From Dictyostelium discoideum (lineage: Eukaryota), in NCBI GenBank assembly GCA_000004695.1, contig CM000150.2, forward strand, positions 3,744,001-3,808,000: a stretch of 64,000 nt of DNA, given 5' to 3'. Of the stretch, positions 1 through 15,698 are shown in pieces. The translations under genes and the position numbers were made by a program. Every line of letters starts with the position of its first letter. The stretch's first letter is position 1. The notes beneath the pieces are model-generated. The model had not been told where the DNA came from and searched no databases. It saw only the letters and a program-made list of their open reading frames with translations.

Positions 1-2
1 AT

Positions 3-917
3 GAATTAGGATCAATTATAAATTTAGATGATTATACACAAATTGAATATCTTTATGAAAGTTTAGGAGGAGTAATGCCAGAATTGATTAGTTTTAGATA
101 TAATCCTGGACCATTAAAAAAAGGTAATGATATTATTGGTAATCCAAAGGATGCAAAATTTGGATTAACAAGTGATGATTTAGAGAAAGCCTATAATAAA
201 GCCAAAGAATTGGGTGTTAAAAGATTTGGACTTCATTGTATGGTAGCATCAAATGAATTGGATTTAGATTATTTTGAAGAGACTGCACGTTTATTATTTT
301 CAACCATTTCAAAACTAACAAAATCATGTGGAATTACATTTGAAATGGTTAATTTAGGTGGTGGTATTGGTATACCCTATCGTCCTAATCAAATTGCAGT
401 TGATTATTTAAAATTAACTGAAAAAATTTCAAATGCCTATAAGGAATTAATTGTAGAGGAAGAAGGATTACCAAAATTAAATGTTGTAACTGAATGTGGT
501 AGAGTTATAACTGGACCCTATGGTGTATTGGTTACAAAAGCAATTCATTCAAAATCAACCTATAAAGAATACATTGGTGTTGATGCATGTATGGTTAATT
601 TAATGCGTCCTGGTATGTATGGTGCTTATCATCATATCACAGTTTTAAATCCAACTGATCCAAATTCAACTGAAACCTATGATGTTGTTGGTTCACTTTG
701 TGAAAATAATGATAAATTTTGTATCGATCGTTCATTACCAAAAATTCATCGTGGAGATACTTTAGTAATTCATGATACTGGTGCTCATGGTCATAGTATG
801 GGTTTCAATTATAATGGTAAATTAAGATCTGCTGAATATCTCTTATTAAATAATTCAATTAATTGTATTCGTAGAGCTGAAACTTTTGATGATTTATTTT
901 CAACTTTAAATTTTTAA
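3..917 (+). CDS. PLP-dependent Orn/DAP/Arg decarboxylase family protein (diaminopimelate-decarboxylase-like); 5' end lies outside the window
   Basis: The frame of ORF 75..917 stays open back to base 3 (ELGSIINLDDYTQIEYLYESLGGVMPE...). GGGIGIPY Gly-rich PLP loop, TECGR (EPGR-like) motif and C-terminal CENNDKF...GDTLVIHDTGAHGHSMGFNYNG are typical of fold-type III decarboxylases. Stop at 915-917. Confidence 0.6.
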   Translation, partial: ELGSIINLDDYTQIEYLYESLGGVMPELISFRYNPGPLKKGNDIIGNPKDAKFGLTSDDLEKAYNKAKELGVKRFGLHCMVASNELDLDYFEETARLLFSTISKLTKSCGITFEMVNLGGGIGIPYRPNQIAVDYLKLTEKISNAYKELIVEEEGLPKLNVVTECGRVITGPYGVLVTKAIHSKSTYKEYIGVDACMVNLMRPGMYGAYHHITVLNPTDPNSTETYDVVGSLCENNDKFCIDRSLPKIHRGDTLVIHDTGAHGHSMGFNYNGKLRSAEYLLLNNSINCIRRAETFDDLFSTLNF

Positions 918-1024
918 TTAAAAAAAAAATAAAAAAAATAAAAAAATTAAATAATAATTAAAAAATAAAAAGTAATATTACAAATAAAAAAAAAAAACAA
1001 ATATAATTTATTTATTTTTCAACA

Positions 1025-1162
1025 TTAAAATTTTAATATTGAAAATGATTTAAAATTATTTAAATTATTATTACTATTTAAATTAAATTGTCTTTCTCCA
1101 AATGTTAAAGAAATTAATGGTAAATATGGATGAAATGATGTTGAATTTATACAAATATTATT

Positions 1163-1193
<31 letters not shown>

Positions 1194-2749
1194 TTATTAT
1201 CATTTAATTGAATATTTTCATCATTAATTAAATTTAAAGATTGGTTTAAAGATTGATTATAAATTAAATTACCATTATTAAATAAATCATATATTAATAA
1301 TTGGCCATTTTGAGTACCAGTTGATAAATATCTTGAAGAGAATGGATCAATATCAAATTGAATTCTTTGATGACTTGATAATGGTCTATATAATTGATAT
1401 ACTTGTTGTGCAACAGTATTTCTAATATCCCATCCAATTATATAATTTGATTTTCTAAATGATGCAAATAAATAATTTGAATCTTTTGGTGAAAACATAA
1501 TTTGTGTAATTCCCATTTTATAATTAATATTCATTTCACCATCATCACCAATTTGCTGTTGTTGTTGTTGTTGAGAATTTAAATTAATTGGGTCAGGTAA
1601 AATATCAACTAATTCATCCATTCTTTCATCAAATAAACCAATATTACCATTATATGTTGATGCTGCAAAAAATCCACTTGTTGATTGTTTATCAAATGAA
1701 ATACAACTAATTATACCTGATAAATTTAAATTTTCATCACTAAAATCCCCTTTAATTCTCTTTTTATTTTTATTTTTATTTTTCTTAAATCTTGTTTTAA
1801 TTTCACTATAATTATCACCTGGTCTATCAATATCAAAAATTTTTATTGAATTTTTAAATCCACTATAAATTCTAAAATAAATAAATAAATTAATAAATAA
1901 ATAAATAAAGAAATTAATAAATAAATAAATAAATAAATACTTTGTCCCATTTGAATTAAATTGAATTGAATAAGCAGATTCTAAATCATCAACATCTTTA
2001 TAAGGTTTATATGTACATCTTTTATTACCATTGAAAGCATCCCATAATGTAATTGGATATTCTTTTGATGAAGTTAAAAAACAACATGTTGTTGGATTAT
2101 TTGAATTCATAAATGGGTACCAACAATAATCATAAATACTTTCAAATTCTTTAATTTCAATAACTGCTTTTTCAACATTTAAAATTTCATTATTATTATT
2201 ATTATTATAATTATTACTACTATAAATTTTTAATTAATATATTTATATATTTTTTAATTGAAAAATAATAAATCATTTTACTTACATTTCAAACAATCTT
2301 ATAAATTTATCTTCAGAACAAGATAATAAACAAGTACCATCAGGAGACCATTTTGAACCTTTATAAAATTTTTCAAGTGAACAATTTGATTGATTTTCAT
2401 TTGAAGTTATTATTGGTCCATTACAATATTCTTTTAATGAATTTTCATTATTAAAATCAATAAATGATTCAAGTAAAATTTGTTTTTTTCTTTTTTCTTC
2501 ATCAATTGTATTTAAATTTTCTTTTTGTTGTTCTTGTTGTTGTTCTTCTTCAGTAATTATTGATTGTTGTTCTTGTTGAATTAAATCATTACTATTTTCA
2601 TTAATACCTAATTTTCTTTTTAATAATAATTTTTTTAATTTTAATTGTTCATCTTCATTATTGTGTTGTTCAATTAATTGTTTATCATTATCTAATAATG
2701 TTTCATTAATAATTGGTATTATTATATTTTGATTATTATTTTCATTAAT

Positions 2750-2808
<59 letters not shown>

Positions 2809-2842
2809 CAATATTGTTAACGATATTATTTATCTCATTCAT
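1025..2842 (-). CDS. WD40-repeat protein with a poly-Asn/acidic N-terminus; three exons on the minus strand (2842..2286, 2219..1941, 1862..1025)
   Basis: Minus-strand ORFs 2282..3103 and 1025..2110 join in frame through GTAAG donors and T-rich...AG acceptors (junctions ...FE-I-SNNYNN... and ...GTK-N-GFKNSIK...). WD-like strands SWSPDGTCLLSCSEDKFIRLF and YLFASFRKSNYIIGWDIR. The intron sequence translates as the artefactual YLFIYLFIN stretch in the ORF track. Start taken at the Met of MNEINNIV (2842); the real start could be further upstream. Confidence 0.55.
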
Positions 2843-3050
2843 TAATATAATTAAATTATTTTTAATAATAAACACACAATTAAAAAAAAAAAAAAAAAAA
2901 AATATGTTATTTTTAGATTTGGATCGAGTTGGTTCTAATAAAATTTTGCCAAAAAAAAAAATTAAAAAATTAAAAAATAAAAAAAAAAAAAAATTAAAAA
3001 ATAAAAAAAAAAAAAAAAAAAAAATAATTTCGTTCGTTAACGAAAGCTTC

Positions 3051-3082
<32 letters not shown>

Positions 3083-3131
3083 CAATAATAATAGCTGAAG
3101 CAATAGTATCTCATTTAAGTAATAAAAAAAA

Positions 3132-6705
<3,574 letters not shown>

Positions 6706-7414
6706 ATTAAAAAAAAAAAAAGATAATAAAAAATAAATTTCTAAAAATAAATTTCAAAAAAAAAAAAAAAAAATAATAAAAAATAAAAATAATAAAAATA
6801 AAAGATATTATAAATGTTTAAAATTTTTTTTTTTTTTATTTTTTTAATTTTTTTATTTTTTTTTTTTTTATTAATAAACAATTATTAATAATTTCCAAAT
6901 CAATTTTATTTTTTTGAAATTTTATTTGATTTCCAAATTATTAAAATCAATTATTATAATAAGAAAATTAAAATTGTTAAAAAAAAAAAAAACCCTATTA
7001 TTTTTTTTATTTTTCTTATTTTAATTTTTTTTTAAACAATTTTAATTATAATAAAAAAAAAAAAAATTAAAAAAATAATTAAATTGCACAAGGGGTAGAA
7101 TCTGAAAAAAATTAAAAATAAAAAAAAAATAAAATTAAAAATAAAAAAAATGATATTATCACTTCAATGAAAATAAGAGTAAACTAATTGTCACTAATCT
7201 CATTGTGAATTTATGGAAATAAAAAACAATATTATTTTTTATTTAATTTTTTATTTATTTTTTTATTTATTTTAATTTTTTTTTTTTTTTTTTTAATTTT
7301 TTATTTTATTTTTTTTACCATATTAATTCATTTCCTGTTTTAGTGTTTCCAATTTTTCACAAAAAAAAAAAAAAAAAAAAAAAAAAAATTAAAAATAAAT
7401 AAAATTAAAATAAA

Positions 7415-7452
<38 letters not shown>

Positions 7453-7651
7453 TAAATTAAAAATAAATAATTTTAATTTAATTTAATTATTTATTTCCTA
7501 TCAAAAAAAAAAGAAGTAATAGTGTATGTATAATTTGATTATTATAATAAAAAACTAATATATATAAATAGAAAAATTATTAATTAAAATTTTTCTTTTT
7601 TTTTTTTTTTTTTAAAAGTTCATAAATAAAAAAAAAAAATAAAAAAAAAAA

Positions 7652-8725
7652 ATGGGAAGAGTAGAAGATCAAATTAAAGATAATTATAATTCACTTTCAC
7701 ATGAAGGTGAAAGATTAAATAGAGAGGCAAAGATTGAATCTGAAAAATTAAAAAATAATGCTAAATTGGATGCAAAAGATATGAAAAAAGATATTGATGA
7801 ATCTGTTCATTCATCATGGGAAACTGTTAAAGAAGGTGCCAAAACCGTTCAAGATTACATTAGTAGTGGTATTGAAAGTGTAAAACATACAATTACAACT
7901 GAACCAGCCCAAAAAGATATGGAAAACTTAAAACATAATGTTAACCATAATTTAGAGGAAGCAGAGAAAGAAGGTTCATCCGTTTTAAATAACATTTCCA
8001 ATTTCTTTAAAGGTTCAGCAGAAGAAGCCAAATCTGAAGCTGAACGTATTGGTTATGAAGCTTACAAGGATGGTGACCAATTTGTTGGTGATGTACATAA
8101 AAACTTTAAAAGAACTGCCAATGAAACCCAAAAGGATGCCAATAGACTCACCTCTGATGTTAAGAATGAATCAAATAAAATCTATAAAGATATTAAGGAT
8201 GAATCAAATAAACTCTACAATGATGTCAAGGGTGAATCAAGTAAAATCTATAATGGTGCTAAAAAAGAAGGTTCCAAATTGGCTACCGATCTCAAGAAGG
8301 ATACTCAATACGTTGCAGATGAAACCAAAAAGATGGCAGCTGATCTCAAGAATAAAGCCGCTGATACCTATCAAGACCTTTCTCATGATGCCTCAAAGAA
8401 AGCCACTCAACTCAAAAAGAAAGCTAGTGAAACCCTTGATGAATCTGCCGATGCTATTGAACATCAATTCGATATAATGAAGAAAGATTTCAGACATCTC
8501 AATCAACGTAATGGTATGATTTGGGGAAGTATTGGTTTAATTGGTGGTGCAACTGCAACATCTTACCTTTTCCCATCTGCATCTCCAATGGCTAAATTCA
8601 CTTTTATTGCTGGTCTTGCAAGTTTAGGTGGTTACTATGGTCTCCATCAACCACACAATAAGATTGTTGATAATGCTTTCCACAAAGCAAACAATAAAAA
8701 GGAAGAATTAAAAAAGAAAATATAA
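7652..8725 (+). CDS. hypothetical protein with LEA/apolipoprotein-like amphipathic 11-mer repeats and a C-terminal Gly-zipper membrane anchor
   Basis: A single 357-aa ORF. Repeated VKNESNKIYKDIKDESNKLYNDVKGESSKIYNGAKKEGSKL units. C-terminal hydrophobic GSIGLIGGATATSYLF...FIAGLASLGGYYGL. No introns needed. Confidence 0.55.
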   Translation: MGRVEDQIKDNYNSLSHEGERLNREAKIESEKLKNNAKLDAKDMKKDIDESVHSSWETVKEGAKTVQDYISSGIESVKHTITTEPAQKDMENLKHNVNHNLEEAEKEGSSVLNNISNFFKGSAEEAKSEAERIGYEAYKDGDQFVGDVHKNFKRTANETQKDANRLTSDVKNESNKIYKDIKDESNKLYNDVKGESSKIYNGAKKEGSKLATDLKKDTQYVADETKKMAADLKNKAADTYQDLSHDASKKATQLKKKASETLDESADAIEHQFDIMKKDFRHLNQRNGMIWGSIGLIGGATATSYLFPSASPMAKFTFIAGLASLGGYYGLHQPHNKIVDNAFHKANNKKEELKKKI

Positions 8726-9285
8726 AAAAAATTTCTAATTAAAAAAAAAAAAAACAAAAAAAAAACAATATATTCAACATATTGTAAAAAAAAAAAAAAA
8801 AAAAAATATATAAATAAAATTAATAATCAAATTCTAAAAATATATTTTTTTATATTTTTTTATATCTTTTTTTTTTAAAAAAAATAAAATATTATAATAT
8901 CACTATTAAAATGTATATTCAATTTATTCAACCAAACTATTATACTGTTATTTTTTTATTTTTTTCCAAACACAATAATATTCAATAAGAAATTTTTTTA
9001 AAACTTTTTTTTATCTTTTGAAAATCATGTTAAAGGAACGAATTTTTAATGTTTATGAAAATAATATTTTCAGATGCAAGGAATCCATAAAAATCATATT
9101 TAGTTTCAAATATATTTAACAATTTCTTAGAGATATTTGTCCCATACCAAAATTACCATATTAATTTTAACCTACAAAGAGTTGTATGCATGCTGAAATC
9201 AATATGTTAAAAAATTAGCCACTTGAATTAATATGGCTGCCATTGAATTAATAAATACATAAATAAACTAATTAATAATAAATAA

Positions 9286-9357
<72 letters not shown>

Positions 9358-9900
9358 AAATAAAAAATTAAAAAATTAAAAAATTAAATTAGTAAAAATC
9401 AAACCATTTTTAATTTTATTTTTTTATTTATAATTTATTAATAAAAATAATTCATTTCATTTTTTGAACAATCGTCTAAGCTAAAAAACGTAAACCAAAA
9501 CGAACTTCCTTCAATTTTTTTTTATTTTTATTTTTTTTTTTTTTCCAAAGTAAAATTTTTTACTTTTTTTAATTATAATATTATTATAAAGATTTTTCAA
9601 ATATAATATATTATTATAAATTTTAAAACTTCAAAAAAATAAAAATAAAAAAGATTTTTTTTTTTTTTTTTAAAATAATTTAATATTGTATTTAATTTTT
9701 TTTATTTATTTTTTTATTTTTACAATCATTAGAGAACTATAAAAAAAATTAAAAAAAAATAAACATATACCAAAAAACTTTTTTTTTTTAATTTTTTTTT
9801 CCTTTTTTTGTTGACAGAAATACGTATATTTTTTTTTTAATTTAAATATTTTTATATTTTCCACTATATACACATGTTTAAATTTAATTTTTTTTTTTTC

Positions 9901-9939
<39 letters not shown>

Positions 9940-10164
9940 CTATTAACAAAATAATTTTTTTTCATCAAACAATTAATGATATTAGTAGAAAATTAATATC
10001 TATCTTTTTTTAATTTATTTATTTTTATTTATTTATTTATTTTTTATCTTTATAACTAATTTCAATAATAATAAATTTATTTAAATTTTTAATATTTTTA
10101 ATTATTCAATACACTTTTTTTAAATTTTTAATAATTTTAAATTTTTAATATTTTTATTAATATC

Positions 10165-10520
10165 GATTACATTGTAGTTGGTGGCGTCCATGCTGAGTAT
10201 GCAATAAGGGTAATGCTTTCAATTCTTGGCATTGAATTTGATGAAATTAAGAACAAACATCAAATGAAAATAATTAGAACCAAATTTCAAAAAATAATGG
10301 TTCAATTAAAATAATTATTTTTTATTTTACCAATCATCCCTCAGACACACACAGGGATCCAATAGTTGATATTATTAAATTTAGATTATTGATAGAATAC
10401 TTTAATAATAATTATAATAATAATAATGATAATAATATAATAGAATTTGATCATTCACTAATGAAACATTACTTTGGAGAAGCTTAATGTCATTGGAATG
10501 ATATTTATATCACAGCATAA
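10165..10520 (+). pseudogene. fragment (copy 1) of a three-copy repeated gene-like unit; it lacks the upstream and downstream parts of copies 2 and 3
   Basis: About 90% identical to 18085..18440 (DYIVVGGVHAEYAIRVMLSILGIEFDEIKNKHQMKIIRTKFQKNNGSIKIIIFYFTNHPSDTHRDPIVDIIKF...). Begins abruptly at gattacattgtagttgg. Confidence 0.5.
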
Positions 10521-11147
10521 AAAAAAAAAAAAAATAATAAAAAATAAAAAAAATTAAATAAAATAAAAAAAAAATATAATTTTAAAATCTCTAACCTTTA
10601 CTCTTTACTTTGGGTTTTCAAAAAAATGTATATGGGTGTGAAGTTCGAATAGTTTTAATTCTTTATTTAATCAATATCTTAAATTAATTTAAGGTACATA
10701 ATTAAAATAAATTTAATAAATAATAAATAATTATTTAACTTTAATTATTTTTTTTATTTACTACTATTTTTTATTTTAATTTTATTATTATTATTCTTTT
10801 TATTTGATCGAGTCCGATGATTCAATTAATTATCTTGATTCTTCACATGTTAATCCTTTTGTTAGACTAAGATCATATACATTTGAGAAATTGCCATTTA
10901 AATAAACTTGACCACCAGTTACTATAAATTTAAAGTTTTACAATATATACCAATTGCAATATCATTACAAATACAATTACCAACGTGATCATTACATTTA
11001 TCAAATGGTGAATATTCGACTGAACAAGGAGCTCTATAATAAAATTCAATATATTAATGTTGCACCATTTCCATCTTATAATTTAATTTGTTGATTACCT
11101 TAACCTGCACCTATTGTACATATGATTTGTGGTTTATTACTTGAGTG

Positions 11148-11243
11148 ACAATCAGTGGTGGTGATGTTATAATGTCTTGTGATTTTAATATTATAAATAT
11201 TTGAAAAATCACAAGACATTATAACATCACCACCACTGATTGT
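11148..11243. repeat. perfect inverted repeat: 39-bp stem (11148-11186 / 11205-11243) with an 18-nt loop
   Basis: Arm acaatcagtggtggtgatgttataatgtcttgtgatttt and its exact reverse complement aaaatcacaagacattataacatcaccaccactgattgt, verified base by base. Confidence 0.9.
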
Positions 11244-11249
11244 TGGTAT

Positions 11250-11830
11250 TGATACTGATGATATTTGCATTTAATTGTTGATGTTGTTATGTTGATGTGT
11301 ATAATAATGTTGTTAATGTTGTTGATGTATATTTATTTTATTTGGTGAGGTTGTAGTATGTTGATGTTGTTGGCGTTGTTGATGTTGTTGATGTTGTTGA
11401 TGTTGTTGATGTTGTTGATTTTGTTGATGTTGTTGATGTTGTTGGTGTTGTGGATTTTGTTGATTTTGTTGATGTTGTTGATTTTGTTGATGTTGTTGGT
11501 GTTGTTGATGTTGTTGATGTAATATATATATTGGTTATTATTTTATTTTATTTTATTTTATTGTTGTTGATGTTGTTGATGTTGTATATATATATTGGTT
11601 ATTATTTTATTTTATTTTATTTTATTTTATTTTATTTTATTTTATTTTATTTTATTTTATTTTATTTTATTTTATTTTATTTTGGTGTTGTTGATGTTGA
11701 TGTTGTTGATGTTGTATATATATATATATTGGTTATTATTTTATTTTATTTTATATTATTTTATTTTATTTTATTTTATTTTATTTTATTTTATTTTATT
11801 TTATTTTATTATATATATTACTATTATTTT
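11250..11830. repeat. compound satellite: (GTTGAT/GTTGTT)n minisatellite (about 11250-11520, 11680-11710) interleaved with (ATTTT)n blocks (11531-11660, 11736-11812)
   Basis: Direct reading. ORFs 11450..11836 and 11595..11849 are translation artefacts of these repeats. Confidence 0.9.
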
Positions 11831-12465
11831 ATTTAATTTTTTTATTTAATTTACATTTTGTACTATATAAAATGAGTTGACATAATATTCTAAAAGAGAA
11901 TACTAATTTTGTAAAAATTTATTTATATTAATTATTGAATATCCTATTATTTATTTATATTATATTTATTATTACTATGAAGAATTGAGTAACTAATTTT
12001 GGAAGAACCTCTTGGTCATTTATCCTCACCCTCGTTATTAATAATTTTTTTTTTTATAATTTTTTTTTTTATTATTTTCTTTTTTTTTTTTTTTTTGTAA
12101 TTGACCAATTTCCGAACCCATATTGAAATAAAATATAATCAAAAAAATAAAAAAATAAAAAAAATGTGCAAAGTGATTTATTATTTTAATTTAAAAAATA
12201 AAATAAAATAAAATAAAAATAATTAAACAAAAAATAAAAATGAATAATAAAAAATATTACATACATTCTGGTTTTTATTTTTTTGCAAAGTCGCAAACAA
12301 TATTTATATTTTCTTACCAAAAGTTAAAATAAATAAATTTATTAAACTAAGATTAAATATTCTTTATTTTTTAAATACATTAAAAAAAAATAAAAAAATT
12401 GTAATGTTTTTATAGTTTTTTTTATTAATGTTTTTTTTTTATTTTTATTTTTTAAACAAAACTTG

Positions 12466-12880
12466 TTAAGCCCATACAGTCCTTTTTTATTTTAAAAAAC
12501 AATTTGAAGTGAATGTGATAAAATTTTTTTTTTAAAAAAAAAACAAAACTTGAGATCAGCTTGTACAGTCTGTTTTAATAAAAAAACCTTGAGATGGCCC
12601 ATTTAAAAAAAAAAAAAAAAAAACTTAAAGGCCAGCCCTTGTAGTCCATTTTTTTTTTAAAAAAAAAAATACCTTGTATTAGCCCGGTTGGCACGAATAG
12701 ACCGTTCAGCCCATGTAGTCCTTTTTTTTTAAAAAAAAAATACCTTGTATTAGCCCGGTTGGTACTAATAGACCGTTAAGCCCATGTAGTCCATTTTTTT
12801 TTTAAAAAAATACAAATGCCTTGTATTAGCCTGGTTGGCACGAATAGACCCTTTAAAGGGATCATGGCTTATTATTGTAA
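12466..12880 (+). repeat. tandem array of about 7 units. Each is A-run + GC-rich 30-50-nt core (consensus taccttgtattagcccggttggcacgaatagaccgttcagcccatgtagtcc) + T9-10 run. Candidate small-RNA (Pol III-like) gene array or satellite
   Basis: Units end in GCCCATGTAGTCC / GCCCATACAGTCC / CAGCTTGTACAGTC followed by T-runs. Two near-identical full-length units lie at 12662-12730 and 12731-12800. This is locally the most GC-rich DNA in a 20% GC region. Confidence 0.5.
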
Positions 12881-13066
12881 TAATGAAGATGATTGTAATG
12901 ATAATGATGTTGGATAAATCTACAATAAATTTTTTTTATTATTTTAGACATTAAATAATTAAACCATCTTTTTAATTTTTATTATTTATTTTAATTATTT
13001 ATTTATTTTTTACTATTACTATTTTTATAACGATTGGAGAGAACTAAAACAAAAAAAAAAAAAACA

Positions 13067-13101
<35 letters not shown>

Positions 13102-13697
13102 TATTAGATATACTATAGTATATTCTTCATTGACCATATCTGTTTATAGTAGAAATTGAAATGTTGTGGATTTCGAAGTTCATCATTAGTCTAGAGATCT
13201 AATGTGGTGAATTTGGATGTTCAACACCGCTCCAGAGAAATTAAATATACATTAAATAAATAAAATTAAATCAATTATAAAACAAATTGTATTATTTAAG
13301 TCCTTCTAGAGTACCACTCCTGTTACATTTTATAAATAATAAACTTATGAAATTCTTGTTTAATTCTTGAATTATTTTATAGATGTATTAAATTAAAATT
13401 ATAAAAAAAAAAAGTTAATGAAATTTCCAGCTTTTTCCACTTTTTGCATTTTTTTATTTTTTTATTTTTACTCCAAAAAATCAAATAACCCCCAAATATT
13501 AATTGGTTGAATAATTTTTTATATGTTTACAATTTTATGTTTTATTTATTTATAATCAAGTTTTATATCTTTATGGTTCTTTTTTTATCTATTACTAAAC
13601 CTGAAATATCCACCATTATCCCTTTACCTTCAATTTTTATTGGGTTTATTACACACTTAAGAAAGAATAACATAAATTCCCTGTTAAATATATTTAT

Positions 13698-13698
<1 letters not shown>

Positions 13699-13728
<30 letters not shown>

Positions 13729-13762
13729 GAACAAATAATTAGAGAGAGAGAGAGAAAGAGAG
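13699..13762. repeat. (GTAA)8 microsatellite followed by (AG)n
   Basis: gtaagtaagtaagtaagtaagtaagtaagtga, then agagagagagagaaagagaga. Confidence 0.9.
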
Positions 13763-13798
13763 AATAAGAATACTTACATGTACTATGCCCGGGATAAT

Positions 13799-14745
13799 AC
13801 CTAAAAGAAGAGAATTAAATTTAGCCAGAAGATTTATTAAAAAAAATAATAATAATTAATAAGTCATACTTTTTTTTTCATTATTTATGTTAGTAATACA
13901 TTGGCTCACAGCAAAGAAAATATCACATTTTCAATACCATAAAAATTAAAATTCTTTTTTACTGTAACATTTAATTTTCTTAAAAATGAAATTTTTAATT
14001 TTTAATTTACTTTAAAGTTTCATTTTAATGGTCATTTTAATGGTAAATGTAATTTAAATTATATTATTAATTATATTACTAATTATAATTTAACTAATAT
14101 TAATTATAATATCATTTAAATAACATTTAAATGACATTTAATTTTTAATGGTATTTAAATGATATTAAAAATATCATTTAAATTACATTTTATTTTAAAT
14201 GTCATTTTAATGCTGGATTTTCTTTGCTGTGCTGTATTATTAATCTACCAATACAATATTCAATAGTATATTTTTTAAAAAAAAGTAAAAGAATAGGATT
14301 TTGGTAACCTACCTAAAAAGAAGAGAATTAAATTTAACCAGAACGCGCTGGAACAGCCTTTCTTAATAAGTACAGCTAAAGGTTTATTTAAAAAACAATA
14401 ATAAAAATTAATAGGTCATACTTTTTTTTATTATTTTTTATCACAGCAAAGAAAATTTCACATTTTAATACCATTTAAATTACATTTAAATGTTCCAGTG
14501 AAAATGAAATTTAAATCTAGTTTAAAGTTTCATTTTAATGGTCATTTTAATGGTAAATGTAATTTAAATAATATTAATTACAATTTAAATGACATTTAAT
14601 TTTTAATGGTATTTAAATGATATTAAAACCATTTAAACTGCATTTTATTTTAAATGTCATTTTAATGCTGGATTTTCTTTGCTGTTCTGCATTATTTAAT
14701 CTACCAATACAATATTAAATAGTTTATTTTTTTTTTAAAAAAATA
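13799..14745. repeat. two tandem copies (13799-14300, 14311-14745) of a roughly 450-500-bp foldback/MITE-like unit with internal inverted repeats
   Basis: Both copies start cctaaaagaagagaattaaattta(g/a)ccagaa. They contain cacagcaaagaaaat ... attttctttgctgtg inverted pairs (13907/14218 and 14442/14672). They also contain nested palindromes (aatgatattaaaaatatcatt; taaatgacattta / taaatgtcattta). Confidence 0.6.
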
Positions 14746-14935
14746 CTTACCAACTGGTGATAAAAAGAATATACATAAAAGTAATAAAAGAATTGTACCA
14801 CATGCACCCATTTTATATTTATTTTTTAGTTTTTTTTTATGTGAAAGTTTTTTTTAATTTAAAAATAGAATTTAATATGTTATAACTAATGATTGAAAAA
14901 AAAAAAAAAAAAAAATTATATTTGTTGGTTTAATC

Positions 14936-14966
<31 letters not shown>

Positions 14967-15698
14967 AATAAATAAATAAAAAGAAAAAAAAAAAAAAAAG
15001 GGGTGCGGTTTAGTTAAAAAAGTCAAAATCTAATTATTTGAAAAATTTTAATATGGGGTTAAAACACCGTTAACTTAAAGGATGACCAATATAATTCATA
15101 ATAATATAACCAAACATTAATCCTTTTTTTAGAAAATCCACTAAATATTTTTTTTTTTATTTTTTTATTTTTTTTTTTTAATATTTTTAATTTTTTTTGA
15201 TTTTTTTTTTTTTGATTTGGAAAAAAAGACTTTCAACTATTCTTTAAATCCCAGTGCTTTTCCGCTAATAAAATGAATATTCATTATTATAAAAATAACC
15301 TCAAATTTAAATTTTTTTTTTTTTTTTAATTTTATGTTTTTTATTTTTAATTTTTTTTTTTTTTTTTTTAAAATGATTTAATTATTTGAATAAAAATTTC
15401 AGATTCTCTCTAAGTTTATTTTAATAAACCAAATTTCAAATTTTTTAGGCTTTATTTTATAAAAAAAGATTATATTTTAAAATTAATGGGTATTTTAAAT
15501 TTCAAAACACATTCACCAATTCAACACAACACAAATTATTTTTTATCATTAAAATAATAAAAAATAATTTGATGATAACACACAAATTTTTTTTTTTAAA
15601 TAATCAATTAAATATAAAATGAAAAAGTTTTGCTTTTTGGTGGTGTAATGTTTAAACACAATATTTGTTGATTTTTTATTTTTTTTTTTTTTTTGTTT

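Noticed and set aside
8049-8477. 142-aa ORF in the +2 frame inside the 7652..8725 gene
   Set aside because: It is an overlapping alternative frame of a gene with a clear repeat/TM architecture, and the track M codons include non-ATG starts.
10590-10660. GTTCGAAT box (tRNA B-box-like) at about 10638
   Set aside because: There is no acceptor stem, D-arm or anticodon arm around it. I could not fold any tRNA in the window.
10800-11280. Possible minus-strand Cys-rich secreted-protein gene (MQISSVSIPTISGGDVIM... / PCSVEYSPFDKCNDHVGNCICNDIAIG...TGGQVYLNGNFSNVYDLSLTKGLTCEESR)
   Set aside because: I could not join the pieces in frame with canonical introns, and the first piece is encoded by the two arms of the perfect hairpin. 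It is probably a decayed fragment. It is kept as context in a finding rather than as a feature.
11450-11849. ORFs 11450..11836 and 11595..11849 (+) encoding FILFYFILFY... repeats
   Set aside because: They are pure translations of the (ATTTT)n and (GTTGAT)n satellites, with no start context or complexity.
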